The position numbers and the translations under genes are program-made. From Harriotta raleighana (Eukaryota), in contig JBNZDD010013715.1 of assembly GCA_050575255.1 (NCBI GenBank), forward strand, positions 5,459,603 to 5,523,602: a stretch of 64,000 bases of DNA, written 5' to 3'. Positions 26,615-40,585 of this stretch are shown here, piece after piece. Below the pieces are notes generated by a model, which searched no databases, had not been told where the DNA came from, and saw only the letters and a program-made list of their open reading frames with translations. Every line of letters begins with the position of its first letter. Positions within the stretch are counted from its first letter, which is position 1.

Positions 26615-26933
26615 TGGAGTCTTGTACCTCAGTGTTTAGAGGACTTGTCTCGCAAATGAGACACTTGGGTTTAATTTGCAGCAGGGCTAAACCTTGGTCA
26701 AGTATTTTTACTCCACATGCCTGATAATAATCCCTCAAGAAAAAACACAGAAAAATAATAATAATTTGGTCACTCAATCCACAACTGTTTGTGGGACACT
26801 GCTGTGTGCAATTGGCTGCCATGTTTCGCCCACAAATATGCAATCAATTCACTTTATAGTATATTCTTTGAAGCAGTTTGAGACATCTTGATGATTTGAA
26901 AAGGGTATCAAATGCAAGAATTATTATTATTAT
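26615..26933 (+). mobile_element. SINE
   Basis: Head, body and (TTA)n tail. Confidence 0.83.
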
Positions 26934-27629
26934 TGTACTTTTTCATTCAAGAAGGACATTATCGCCTATAAAGCAATATTTTCCTAACACTGCATGACAA
27001 CAACAATATAGAATCATAGTATTTTATAGTACAAAAGGAGACCATTTGGCCCATCGTGTCTGTGCTGGCTCCTTGAAAAGAGCTATTCAAAGTCAACCCT
27101 GGCTCTTTCCCCATGCCTCTATTTATAAAGCCTAGTATCCTGTATGATTTTTTTTAAACAGCCTTATCTACCTGCCCTGCCACCTTCAAAGATTTACTTA
27201 CAGGTGTCTCTATTCCTTCAGCCTACTTAAGATTGTACTACAGTATTTAGCCTATACTGCCTCTCCTCACTGTTCTTTCCAAAATGCATCACCTCACATT
27301 TCTCCACATAAAACACAATAACAACATTGGTAATTTCAATCAGCAAGTGTTTATTGGCACACTGCTGTGGGTAATTGGCTACTGTGTTTTGCTCATAAAT
27401 GTACAGTCAATTCACTTTACAGTACATTCTGTGAAGCGCTTCCGACAGCTCGAAGAAGTCAAAAGCGCTATATCAAAATGCAAGAATTATTATTAGAAAC
27501 TTCATCTCAATGGGTCTGCCTATTTTATCATTTTATCTATGTCCTCTGGCAGTCTGCTACTATCCTCTCTATTTATACTTTTCCTAATTTTGTATCATTA
27601 TGCCTGAAGACCTTCCTCTTCAGCCACCG

Positions 27630-28000
27630 TTACAGTTGTTCTTCATTCAGAGGGTAGTGAATTTATGGAATTCAGCCCAGAAGGCTGTGGATGCTCAGTC
27701 CTTGAACATTTTCAAGGCTGAGACTGATAGATTTTTTTTAAATAGTGGGATTAGGGGATATGGGGATAGGACAGGTAATTAGAGATAGGTCAGAAGATCA
27801 GCCATGATCTTATTGAATGGCGGGGCAGGCTCGAGGGGTCGAATGGCCTACTCCTGCTCCTAATTCTTATGTTCTTATCTGAAAACTTGGAAATTGTACT
27901 CCCTATACCCAAGACCAGATCATTTACATATACTAAAAAACAGTGGTCCCAATATCGATCCCTGGGGAGTGCCACTGTACACTACCCTTCAGTCAGAAAA
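27630..28000. mobile_element. CR1-like LINE 3' end (+) joined to an inverted CR1 RT fragment
   Basis: FFIQRVVNLWN...AVDAQSLNIFKAETDRF and GGGGTCGAATGGCCTACTCCTGCTCCTAATTCTTATGTTCTTAT tail; minus-strand YVNDL...ISKFSD motif. Confidence 0.75.
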
Positions 28001-29384
28001 CAACCGAAAAACATCTTACATTTTTATAGTACCCTTCAGAAGGGGCAGCATTTAGGAGAACTAATAATGGCAGAGCCCGTACCTGAGCTGAGTGTCAGTG
28101 TAGATGACTGTAACGATGGCTAAAGAGGAAGGTCTTCGGGCCTGATCTGAAAATAGAGAAAGAGGGGGCAAGGCAAAGTGATTACGGGAGAAAGTTCCAA
28201 AGTTTGGGGCTGCAATGGCTGAAAGTATGGCCACCGAATGGTGGAGTGGTGTTAACAAGAGACAAGCAGGAGACTTGAGTCAGCGGTTGGAGGAGTGGGA
28301 GTTAGCAAATTGGAGAGGTAGGGAGGTGCAGGTGCCTGAAGGGATGCCTAGGGCAATTTGAGTTTAATAAGGAACTTTCAGCCTTCTGACTCAGAAGCAA
28401 GAGGTCTGTCAACTAAGCCAAGCTGACATTGTGCAATCACATGACCACTGAGGATCCCATCAGGTAACAAGCTGGAGCCTTGAACAGGATGGTTCCATTC
28501 CCCTGATGTTCAATTAATGTATAATTTCTCTGACTTGTTAATGCCCAGTTTCTGGATACACAACGTTCTTTAAATTTCTCTTGTAGCTGCTGTACTGCAA
28601 CCTTATCTTCTGAGCACTTTATTATTTCTTAGATTAATTGTGTTAGTGAATAGTAGATCAATGCTGTTTGGTTGGATTTGGCTCAGTTATGGATTGCTTC
28701 ATTAATTGTACATCCCCATAGCATTGTGCAGCTGCAGAGCCAGAGAACTATCTGCCCTGTGATTGTGTTTTGCTGAGAAATGCACATGCAAACGATTCCC
28801 AAATCTGTGCACACCGATCAAAAGGAATAACAGTAACTGAAGCAGATGACTGAATGGACTGGAACAATTGATGTTTCACAGAACGAACAGCTCCAATGTA
28901 TCTGAGGAGCTGGCAGCTGCAGTATCCATGATTACCTAGAACATTACCACCAAACCACAATATTTCCATACAAGAAATTTCTTATGGATAGCTTTCTCTT
29001 TGAGGTGAGGGTTTGGTGGGGGGGGGTCAGGGGAAGGTGTATGACATAAAGTGCAATTAAAGCTCTGCATACTTTATTGCTTCTCCTCTCAGTGTTCGAA
29101 TCTCTTATTGATTGTTCCTTACAACACAGCAATAACATTACATTTCTACAGCACTTTTCACATCAGGTGGACATTTAACAACAACAACAAAATTACAGTT
29201 GTATAGCGCCTTTCACATTGGAAGGATGTCCCAAAGCGCTGAACAGTCAGGTCAGGACCGGAGCAGGGTGGGAGGGTCGNCACAGCAATAACATTACATT
29301 TCTACAGCACTTTTCACATCAGGTGGACATCCCAANGCAATAACATTACATTTCTACAGCACTTTTCACATCAGGTGGACATTT

Positions 29385-30692
29385 AACAACAACAACAAAA
29401 TTACAGTTGTATAGCGCCTTTCACATTGGAAGGATGTCCCAAAGCGCTGAACAGTCAGGTCAGGACCGGAGCAGGGTGGGAGGGTCGGGGGGAAGGAGAG
29501 TGGGAGAGGGGGAAGAGTCAGGGGGGGAGTCAAAGGCACGGTCGAAGAGGAAGATCTTGAGCCCGGCCTTGAAGGAGGAAAGGGAGGAAGCAAGGTGGAG
29601 GGACTGCGGGATGGAGTTCCAAAATGTGGGAGCAGAGAGGCTGAAACCCCGGTCACTGATAGTTGGGTGGTTAGGGCGGTAGACACAGAGCAGGCCTGAG
29701 TCTGCTGAATGGATGGTGCGGATGGGCTGTTATGGAGACAGCAGGTCAGAGAGATAGGCGGGGACAAGGCCGTGAGTGGCCTTGAAGGTAAGGACGAGGA
29801 TCTTGAATTTGATCCTCTGGGGGATGGGGAGCCAGTAGAGACGAGCGAGGATGGGAGGGATGTGATCATGAATCCTGGTGTGGGAGAGTACATGAGCTGC
29901 AGAATTCTGAATGATCTGCAGCCTGTGAAGGGAGGAGTTGGGAAAGCCAAAGAGGAGAGAGTTCCCATAATCGAGCCTGGAGGTGATAAAGGCTTGAATG
30001 AGGGTTTCGGCAGCACGGGGGGTGAGGTAGTGGCGGAGCCTGGCAATATTGCAGACTTGGTGGAAAGTGATACCAGTCAAGGAGCAGATATGAGGGAGGA
30101 AGGACAGTTCAGGGTCAAACAAGACGCCCAGATTCCCGACTGGCTTCGAAAGGTGGAGAGAGCAGCCTTGAATGCTGATGTTGTCAGTGCCTGAGGTGCC
30201 AATCAGGAGGGCCTCCGTCTTGTTGACGTTGAGTTGGAGAAAGTTGGCACTCGACAAGGACTCAATGTCGGTCAGACACACAGTCAAAACACTGGTAGCC
30301 CTGGAGTCGAGGGAGGAGGTGGAGAGGTAGAGTTGGGTGTCATCCGCAAACATGTGGAAATTTACCCCATGTCTGTGGATGATGTCGCCCAGAGGGAGCA
30401 TTTAGAGGGTGAAGAGCAGTGGGCCAAGGACAGAGCCCTGGGGCATGCCGGATGTGACTATGCGGGGGCTGGAGGAAAAGCCGTTGGAGGATACAAAGTG
30501 AAGATGGTGTGAGAGGTATGACTGGAACCAGTCAAGGACAGAGCCTTGAAGATTGAGGAGAACGAGGAGGCAGAGGGAGCCTCAGGATGTCATTGGTGAC
30601 CTTGACCAGAGCAGTTTCCAGGCTGTGGGAAGCTCGGAAACCCGATTGGAGGGATTCGAGGAGTGAATGTCTTGAGAAGAAAGAGCGAAGCT
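29385..30692 (-). mobile_element. 5'-truncated L2-clade LINE (RT domain and 3' tail), frameshifted
   Basis: [25 protein letters not shown]...LQLNVNKTE...SRLDYGNSLL; (TTG)n tail. Confidence 0.92.
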
Positions 30693-30933
30693 GGTGTTAT
30701 AGTGTTACAGAACAGTTTATGTTACAGAACAGCATTAAAATGAGTGCTAGTACCTTAACTTTAAGTCTCCACACCAGGACTGGCTTCTCAAGGAAGCATT
30801 TCATCTTATACTATACGATGATTCTTAAACATATGGGACATAAACTACCTCAATATGATAATTGATAATAACAAAAGAGCCCAGAAAAAGCAAGGTGTTA
30901 AATTCATTGTGTGATACCACTGTGACTATGGTA

Positions 30934-31680
30934 CTGGGACTCCTCAATTAACATTGGGGATGTGTTCTTGAAAAGTGCGATTTTAAGTGAAACAACATAT
31001 AGCAAAACCTAAATTACCAATAGGCCCTAATGCTATCAATAAGGGTTATGTTCCTTCAGTACATTTCTGGTCTAAATCAGCTCCCGACGTAAAGGCGATC
31101 TAGAAATGTAATTTTGTTATTGCAAATCTTCTTATACTGATATTAAATAAAGACCAAAAACAACACTACTAGTATTGAAAATTAAAATAAAAGCTTAATA
31201 AATATGTAAATAAGATAAAAATACATTTAAGAGGACACTTACTAGAGATGGTTGATGGCAGATATTGGTAGACATTTATTTGGGGAGGAAGGGTTTGCGA
31301 AGGTATGGGGAGAGAGCTGGGGAGTCGGATTAAATTGCTCTTTTAAAAGAGCGGGAACAGACTCGATGGGTCGAATAGCCTCCTTTTGTACCATAAGATT
31401 CTATGATTCTATGGTCAGGCCCACACAAGAGGCAGTCATCTGAATGACTCCGTCCCCTCTCACTCACTGACCACATCAACCATCTCTCCAGTAAGTGTTC
31501 TCTTAATTTTATTTATTATTTTATTTATATATTTACTAAACAACTAATATAAAATGTAGTCAGCTAATATCCCTTCAATTAATCAAATTTTCAATTTTTT
31601 TTTCTAACTATTTATTAATTCGTCAACGACATATAATCGAAGCAACATATATTGAGACAACATACAGCGAGGAGTTCCAG
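30934..31680. mobile_element. Tigger-family (MER6-like) non-autonomous DNA transposon with nested retro-fragments
   Basis: TA-CTGGGACTCCTC ... GAGGAGTTCCAG-TA TIRs with TA duplication; subterminal GTTCTTGAAAAGTGCGATTTTAAGTGAAACAAC resembles MER6; CR1-like tail nested at ~31230-31413. Confidence 0.75.
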
Positions 31681-32189
31681 TACTGGCAAAATAAAATATC
31701 TTAAAATATTTGAAACGTCAATAACCAGGACATGAATACAAAGATGAATTTGAAGAATAAGGTTGAATTAACTGTTAAAACATATGATGTTCCAAAAATG
31801 TCAGTTACCTTGGCAATTGGATTATTATTGTAAGATTGGTATTATCCTTGAAGTATACTCTGAGGAGACCTATCCTTGACTGTCCTCATTATCAATTCAC
31901 TTAATTTCCAGGTTATTAAAATTATGCATAATTGGTGCTATTCCTTTCCCCAATGTTATCCTTATTTATTCAGTTCTTAATTTATTTTCCCTTCCTATCA
32001 AAACGTTCCAAGCATATTGATTCGGATCTTCCCTCATGTGAGGTTAAATTATCTTTGTCAATCACTCTGAGAAGCTATCTTCTTAGCAGTGCTCTGCAAA
32101 TGTTTCTCCTATTTCATCTCCACATTTGCCACCTCTCTGTGTAACTTACATCAACCCTGAAGTGTTAAGAAATACTGTACCTCAATTCA

Positions 32190-33300
32190 ACCAATTGTGT
32201 AGTTGCCCGAGGCTGTGCCTGGAGGCCCGCTACTGAGGTAACAAATGCCACTACATGCTGGGTTTCTACCTGTACCCGGTGCGAAGAAGGGTGGGTTGGC
32301 ACACAGTTGGAGCATGTTGAAACACCTGTCCTAAATAGAGAAATTCCTGAAAAGAACCATTCCAGAACCCTGTGCAATCACCAATTGGTCTGCACCACAG
32401 GTAGTTGAAATGGTTCAAAAGGGAAAGAGAGCAGACTCGATTGGGAGGTACACTGTGGCGATGGCCAGCTACGTCTGGCAAAACACTTTGTCACCAGCCC
32501 TGACCAACAAACATTGGGACATGGCCTGGCTGGCAATAAAAGCGCACCCTGTCCCCCACCCCCTCATTCATGCAGAAGCGAGGTCTGGGGCAGTCAGCAT
32601 GCTAGTCACGGGCCGGCTGGCGAGGGGAGGTGACTGTGGACCATCTCTTCCTGGAATGTTGTTTTGCAAAGACGGTTTGGAAAAGGATGGAATGGATACA
32701 CTTGCGATTCGTCTCTGGGGTCACTCTGTTAAGGCACTCGGTGCTGTTTGGCCTCTTCCCGGGCATTCACAGTGAAACCCACATCAAGTGTGCCTGGAAG
32801 ACCATAAACTCGGTAAAGGAAGCCCTTTGTTTCCCTGCAGAATGAGGGGATGGTGAGAGCCTGTCTCAGGCCCATGCAAGCCAGGATCAGGGATTATGTA
32901 CTGAGGGAGCAAAATGGTCTGAAATAAACTTGATGGTACAGAAAGACACTCAACATGTAACTAAACAGTGGCCCGAAAATGTATGGAAGGAAAATATGCG
33001 CACATATGGTGCACATCGGGGTACCATCCAAAAGTGGCAGGTAACCTTACCAGGGTGTGAGGAGACATGCACATGCATGTTGTGCACATTGGGGTGATAC
33101 CCGACTGTTTTAAAGGGAGCATTCCCGAAAAAACATTCGCACAACCTGTGTGAGGAGTAGCAATGTACAATAAACAACTGAATTTTTTTCGATTTGGAGA
33201 GAAAAAAAGGAAAAATAGAAAAGAAGATACTGTATTGTATTTTGTTTTACATTTCTGTTGTACCAAATATAATTATAAATAAATATATGTTCAGAAAAAA
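32190..33300 (+). mobile_element. Decayed Tx1/L1-like non-LTR retrotransposon 3' end
   Basis: TVDHLFLECCFAKTVWKRM...AWKTINSVKEAL (C-terminal zinc-finger region), 3'UTR ending in ATAAAT...AAAAAA. Confidence 0.7.
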
Positions 33301-33515
33301 ACTTATCTTCCCTATGCAGGTATCATGTGCAGCAGAAATATGTCAAAGCAAGTTTCATTTTAGAACACCAATGAACCACATTACAGACTGAGCAGAGTTC
33401 TCTAAATGCAATCTTCTTCCTTATTGCTATCTATGTAATATTCCGAAGGAACCCAACCATGGTGTGAATATTCAATGTCATTTGAAATATTTCTCACGCT
33501 ATGTTTATAGTAGTA

Positions 33516-33790
33516 CAGTAAAAGCCCGTTTATCCAGCACCCTCGGGATCTGGCCAATGCCGGATAAACAGCATGCCGAATATTCGGAAGAAAACCCAAC
33601 ACAAAAAAAAATTATTTTTGTTTAAACATACCATATTAATAATAGACTAAATAGTAACAAAATATTGTGTAGATACTTACCAATAAAGCAATAAATATCG
33701 ATTACAGTCTATAAACACAGCACTCAATCACATGACAAACTTCTACAATGGCGGACGCTAGTGGCTTAAAGCGGTTCTGTCGGTTTTTCC
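33516..33790. mobile_element. Tigger/pogo-like element left part, related to 710-1384
   Basis: TA-CAGTAAAAGCCCGTTTATCCAGCACCCTCGGGATCTGGCCA matches the start of the element at 710; right TIR not found. Confidence 0.65.
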
Positions 33791-34000
33791 TCTTTTCTTT
33801 CTCTCTCTCCTTCCCTCTCTCTCTCTTTCACACACACGCACACTCAGTCAGTCTGGCATCTCGATGGCTCCAAACCCAACCCCCCTCCACTCCTCTCATT
33901 TTCCATCTAAATTAATCAACTCACCCCCCCCTCTCTCCTCTCCTCTCCCGCACCTATCTCTCCCACTCCCACTCCTCTCTCTTTCTTCCTCCCACCCTCT
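33790..34000 (+). repeat. CT-rich low-complexity tract
   Basis: (CT)n, (CA)n and C runs. Confidence 0.8.
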
Positions 34001-35802
34001 GAAGTCTCATCCTGGCTGGCAGCTGAGTGCAAGAACGATCTGAGCTGGTGTTTTTTGTTTCTTCTACACTGGCAGTGGCCATATCAGGTACTGACCACAT
34101 GTGCAATATTCACATGTCTGTCTACATCTTACCACACTGTGACACAACACAATTGGGCCTAAAATTTACAAAACTTAAAGGCCTCAGTTCATTATCATTT
34201 TCAAAAAACTGCATGTGAATAAGTGGGTTAGCTGTCACCTGGTGGGCAGTCACTGATAATAATTATGAAAACTCTAAACTTTATCCCATTTATGTGTTAT
34301 TTTCCATTTACTACTTAAGCACACAACATACCACTATACACTTGTCCTCCCATTGCCACAAGTGTGTCATTCCAGTGTAATGGTGTGTGTCAAACAGTGT
34401 AATGGGTTAGATGCTTTGAGTGCAAATAAAAAAAGTATAATTTGAAAATTTTAAGTAATTTAACAAGATTGCACAAGGGAGAAATAAGATATACACAGGG
34501 TGGCTCAGGACTGAAAAGGATGGACTAGTGATGTGCTCCTTAATGGAGTCACCACACTTGAGACTGTGTTCACATTTCCCTGCACATTGTGCTTGATCTC
34601 ATTGAGCAGAGCTTATCAGATGGGAAACATTGATTGCATGTACCGATGATTGGAAAGTTGTAATGGGCATGACTTCCAGCATCCTCACAGCCAAGGATGG
34701 AAGAATCAAGACAGAGAAATGCAAGAGGAAAATAACACTGCAAACAAATTTGAATGTCCAATAGGTGTGGATATGAGCAACATATAAATAGGGTTGATGT
34801 TGCTCAAGCCTAGATTTCATAATTGTACTTAATCACTCATTGAAACGAAATGCAAATCCAGGTCAGAATCTGCAACTTGATTGAATGTTATGCAAGCAAC
34901 TGGTTTTTATTAGTACACACACACAAAGGCATGGCTTAATCACAGAAAAGCTTTTCTTCTTTCTATAAATGTTGCTGTTTTGCAAATTTTGACTCGGAAT
35001 TCTCTCTTTTCTTAATGGAAACGTTTGCACTCACTATACATTAGTTGCCAGTTTTGACTAGTTTTTAATGTTCTATTGTTTTATTGCTCAGCAAACCAGA
35101 GAAATGTCAAGGCTTTCATTCTTAGTGAGCAGTTTGCTAACACTTATGGGCAATGGGCTCAAAGAGAAAATACAAGAACACAAGATTTGATCGGATAAAG
35201 AAGTTATCCGATCCAGGAGTTAACCTCCCTTTCTGGCAATCTGCTCCAGTGTTAATTAACATTTGGGTAAAAAAAAATGTCTAGTGTCCTGAAATCGCCT
35301 TTGGCAATTCTAAACCTAGGACTAAGACATATGGGGAAGTGAACTGACAAACATGAAATTTGCTGGAAGAGACTAATTGTGAGCTATGAATATGTTCACT
35401 TAATCAAGCTTCTCTTTATCAGGCAAGACTTCCCTGAATACCAAGAATTCTGACATTTAAACATTTGAATTCACAGTTGCAACGGAAGGAAAATTGAATC
35501 CTCTGTGCACACAGGGATAGATTGATTTTTTTTTGTCAGTCCCTTCATGTATTCAGTTTGAAGTATAAGACATCCTTAGAAAGAATACAGCCATTCTCAT
35601 CTTCAGTGCAAATTCTCACCCAAATCTCTATTAAAATCTTTACGCCTGTAAGAATTATGGGGTGAGGATTGTTAAATGCGGAGAATGGGGAGAAAGAAAA
35701 CAGAGGAGAGAGAAAGCTACATAGGCAACATAACATCACATTACAGTATTTTCTGTGAAGCTTTTGGAGATGTCTCAAAAACATAATAAGGCACTATAAC
35801 CT

Positions 35803-36125
35803 GAGTCCTGTAGTTCAGTGGTTAGAGCACTCACCTTACAAACAAAGACCTGAGTTAAATTTTTGACAGGGCAAAACCTTGGGCAAGTTTCCTTACTCTA
35901 CTTGGGCAAGTTTACTTACTTCCTTCTGCTAATAATCCCTCCAAAAACACACAATAATAATTTGATTGTTTGTGGGAAACTGCTGTATGCAAATGGCTAC
36001 CATATTTCACCCACAAATATACAGTCAATTCACTTTATGGTACTGTATATTCTGTGAAGCGTTTTGAGACTTCCAGAAGATGTGAAAAGCACTATATCAA
36101 ATGCAAGGATTATCATTATTATTAT
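35803..36125 (+). mobile_element. SINE
   Basis: GAGTCCTGTAGTTCAGTGGTTAGAGCAC head to TTA tail; small internal duplication. Confidence 0.85.
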
Positions 36126-39100
36126 ATGAAATGGTCTTTACCTGTAAGAAGCTGGATCCTTAAAGAATGGAACAAGCTGGCTTTTAAATTAAGACAAAAT
36201 TTTGTGATTTCTCCACAATTCTATATGATTCTCGATTTTAAGATAAATCCTCCAGATGTGAGAAGTGCTATATAAATGTAGTTTAGTTGTTGTTGCTACA
36301 GGCTAATATTAGATGAAATTCTGAGCCAGCCATGGATAAACAGAAGTGCTTAGAATGTGCTCTCCTTAATTCAAATTATTTTAAGTGTTTCTAATTCATA
36401 TGTGCGATTAAGAACTGATTTTGAAATTGCATCCTCTGAGTGGATTATTGTTATGCCAAACCCTTCATTCTTAGCTGTTAAATAGAGATGACAAATTATT
36501 CACCAAGCGGTCACAGTCAATAATCTGGTACTGTAACACTGCTATAAGTGGTAAGGTATCATTTGCTTTTAATGTCAGCACCTTGTGACATCCTCCCGAC
36601 ATGAAAGGCACTATACAAATTAAATGTTGTTGTTATTGTTATCTCATTGAATATATTCAAACTGTACTTTTTAACTGCATCTAAAGCATACAATGTCAAG
36701 GGACCTTGTCATTTAAGCGCTCTGAGTTGTTGTTGTTGTTATCACATATTAGTTGTTATAAGTAGCAAATTTTACATTGGAAAATCTCAAGAGGATGATA
36801 CAACAATGGATCTTTATTTTTAGTCATCAGCAGGTTAACAAAATCCAGCAGCTGCCAGAATTAAAGCAGTTCAGTCGGAGCTGTGATCAACCTTCTACAA
36901 CCTAACACACAAAGCCACAATTTAGCTTCTGCTTTCAGTATATAACAGAATGACAAACCACAAAACCAGCAGTATTATCTCTGTAAAGATTTGTGACCCT
37001 GTTTTTAAATTGATGGCAGGGTAGAAAGGATGATTCAGCACAACGTTGACTTCTGGTGGTATTGAGGAATCCATGTAGCTGCTAGTTCAGTGCTGATTCC
37101 ACTTATTTTGCCTGTGATACAGATCAATTTGAGCACTTGACATACCAGGTGCTGCTACAGCTCTTCATTACTTCTCTGATTTAATCTATTCAGCATCTTA
37201 TTGGGAGAGTGGATGTTTGTTCAGTTGTAGCACCTGATACACCTTATATGCAGCATGGTTCACCCTTTCCTGTGAGCCAGAAGGTTAGAGGTCCAAGCCT
37301 CTAGTCATGAAATTGAATTCAGTCTAGGTTGACACTCCAAAACAGTGTTGTGTGGGTGCCATTCTTGTGGTTGAGAAAGGCAAACAAAGGATGTCTCTTT
37401 AGAGGAGTTTCTAAGCCTTTAAAGATAGCATTGGCATATACAGTTCTGTACATATGAATAGGAGCATTGTGAGCACAAAGTTAAAATAAATCTCTCTTCA
37501 TTTTTGGTGTCACTACCAGTTAATTGAAGGTAACTGATGATCTATCACCTCAATGTTAGTTGTTTTGGTATAGTTCTACTGGTGGAACCATTTTCATTTC
37601 TCTTATGTGTCTATTGGTGCTGAATAAGTCTAAAGTTTAATTTATTTGCTGGTGCACTGGGAATGATGCAGCTTTATTTTCCACCTTCTGGTGCCTGCAA
37701 AATGGATGCTGCACATTCTTCTCCTGTACAGTATCTACTCACAATCTACATGGGGTTTCAGGTCAGCCAACTTTATTCCTTGCATTGCAATATCCCAAAT
37801 CTATTAAAATAAATTGGCTGGTTTCACAGCTAAAAGGAAAAAATGTTCCTTTGAAACATGTTGATCTTGAAAGAAGAAAGGATCTGTCTCATGTTTCTAA
37901 ATCAGAGCTAGTGATTGTTTGAAATGAATAAATCTACCACTTTTGTTCTGAAAAGTAATAATTTATATTGATAAATAAATGTCAACAGTATTTTGTTTTG
38001 TTTTTCAAGAAGAGAATACTGTAGATGCTCATGCTGAGGGGGAGGATGAATGCCTCAGGGGTAGATACCGCTGCTCAGAGATGTCAACATACGAGTTGTT
38101 AAATGTGGGTCACTCAAGACTAACAATTCAGTAAATAGACAACAGTAACACAACAGAATAAGAACAGCTGTTGGTTCGAAATGAACTTCAATGTTAAGCA
38201 GCAGACCTGCAATTCTGGAGTGGGAGCGCTCTCTGAGTGTCTAGGAATGTGACAGATTCTGTCAAGATGATATTTAATAAATATATTTAGGAACCTGTAT
38301 CCCCCAGGTGAAGAGTTGTCACAATAATTGTTTGAGTTGGAAAGGAGATTCTGTCCTCTAAAGTTATTTTCATAGAAGTTTGCTGCATGGAAAGGTGCTA
38401 AATATACACACTGCCCTGTGTGAAGGGTCCTATATAAATGCAAATTGTTGTTTACAGTTCTATCCTGTGTGAAGGATTTTGTATTGCAAGTTGTTGTTGA
38501 TGATGATAATGATGATGCTTCAGTTGAACTTAATTTAGTGCCTTGCTCTCCAGCTCTAGTCTCACCAATGCCAGCTCACCCCGACCTTATTATTTGGCTG
38601 TTTCTTCTTTCACTGGTTCAAATAACTATGGTTTATCAATGTGAAATTGTTCTCATCTGGAAGCCTTGTGGTTTGATCTCCATGATTCACTTCAGTTCTA
38701 TTGATTCAAGTGCATTGTTCGCAGAGCTTCATGATGGAACATGTTGACATCATTTCAGGAGATATGGTAACCAATGGCCATGTTAAAATGACTAACTCTA
38801 AAGTCATGCCCAGGTCTAGGTCAGAGCCCAACTCTTAATAGGTTCCTATAATTTAAACAGGTCATTACTATTGGTATTTCTTTGTCCTCACAGTAGCTAC
38901 AATAAGGGATAAGATCTGCTTGTTTCTGTCTAGTGCTCACTTTGGATATAGATGTTGGTTGGGGATCGAAATGAGCTAGTATATTGTATCTTCATAGATA
39001 AATATTGTACCAACACTCAATGCCTTAGGCTCACAAACAAAACAAGTCATTCATGTGACGTTTCAGAGCACGGAGGCAGCTGGTGCCCATGGAACCATCC

Positions 39101-39254
39101 ACTGGAATGCATTGTTGGGAGAGATTTACTTGGCTCTTGGCAGTTTTGGGTCAGACTGGCACAAATTGTCACAGTGTTTGCCTACAAGGATAGTGACCAT
39201 ACTTCACAGTATCTTGAGATGTTTTACTCTTATTAGGCTTATTGCAGTCTGTAG

Positions 39255-39563
39255 CATCCCACAGCTCAGAGATTAGTGCACTAGCCTCACAAATAAAAGA
39301 CTTTGGTTTGATTCACAGCAGGCCGAAACCGTGGGCAAGTTTCTTTACTCCACATGCCTGATAATAATCGCTTATGAAAAATAAAGCATAATAAAATGTG
39401 GTCACTTCAATCCACGACTGTTTGTGGGACACTGCTATATATACAATTGTCTGCCGTGTTTCATCCACAAATATACAGCCAATTCACTTTATAGTATATT
39501 CCATGAAATTCTTGAAACATCTAGAAAATGTGAAAAGCACTATCAAATGCAACGATTATTATT
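39255..39563 (+). mobile_element. SINE
   Basis: Diverged head, body and tail. Confidence 0.78.
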
Positions 39564-40289
39564 CAAATCTCAACTTCATATAGTGATAGTCTCCTGAAAG
39601 CATATCACATTTGACAAATGTAGTGAAATAAAATTAGAATCATAGCACTTTACAGGATAGAATGTGAGTTGACCCATTGTATCTGTGCTTTGAAAGAGCA
39701 ATCCATTTCGTCTCATTCACCTGTCTTTTCCTCATACTATTGCAAACTTTTATAGAAATCTATCTAGTTCTCTCTCGAAAATTAATATGAACCTGATCTC
39801 AATCTGCTCCCGGAAGCGTTCCACATCCTAACAATCATCTGCATAAAATAAATCCTCCTAATCTCCCTCTTTACTTTGGTAATTATCTTAAATTGATTCT
39901 GTCAAGCAACAACTGGCATTTATATAGCACCCTACAGGCGGGGTAATGTCCTAGAGTCTTTAAACTGACTAGTAAGTGACTCCAGAGGAAATAATTTCTC
40001 CCTATTTTCTCTATCAAAACCCTTCATTTAAAATAAGTCTGGCAAATGGTTCTGGTTTAGTACCTTTGTCACTGTTAACCTTCAAGACAATTTCTTCTCA
40101 ATAGATGAAATGTAATCTATACATAGCAGATGCTGCCTCTTGACCATATGGTCCTCTTTCTGCGTTGAGTCTGGTTGCTTCATTTATCCACGTCAAAGTG
40201 ATGTGTGATTCTTGTCACCACTGTTGGCCCTGGAAACAGATGACAGTTTATTACCCCTCAGGCTGCTGAAACTCTCAGTCATGCTTTCA

Positions 40290-40585
40290 TCACATTTCAG
40301 GCTTGACTATGCCAATGCCCTTCTTATCGGTCTCCCCAACTCCTCTCTCCATAAGCTGCAGGTCATCCAGAATTCTGTCCTCTCCGCACTGTATCCTGTC
40401 CCCCAACCCACCCACCTCAACATCGGTGGTTGAGCCCAGCCACTCTGCCCCCAATCTTTGGAATTCCTTCCCACAATCCCTCTGCTATGCCCCTCCCTAG
40501 CCTCTTTCAAGTCCCACCTCAGGACCCTCCTCTTGGACCATGCCATTTGTCATCCCCCTTCCTCTCCCCTTCACTCCACCCTCCC
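40290..40585 (+). mobile_element. L2 fragment
   Basis: RLDYANALLIGLPNSSLHKLQVIQNS...SAPNLWNS. Confidence 0.75.

Noticed and set aside
29126-29480. Triple repeat of CACAGCAATAACATTACATTTCTACAGC and duplicated L2 tail
   Set aside because: Separated by single Ns; assembly artefact, not a CRISPR-like or biological array
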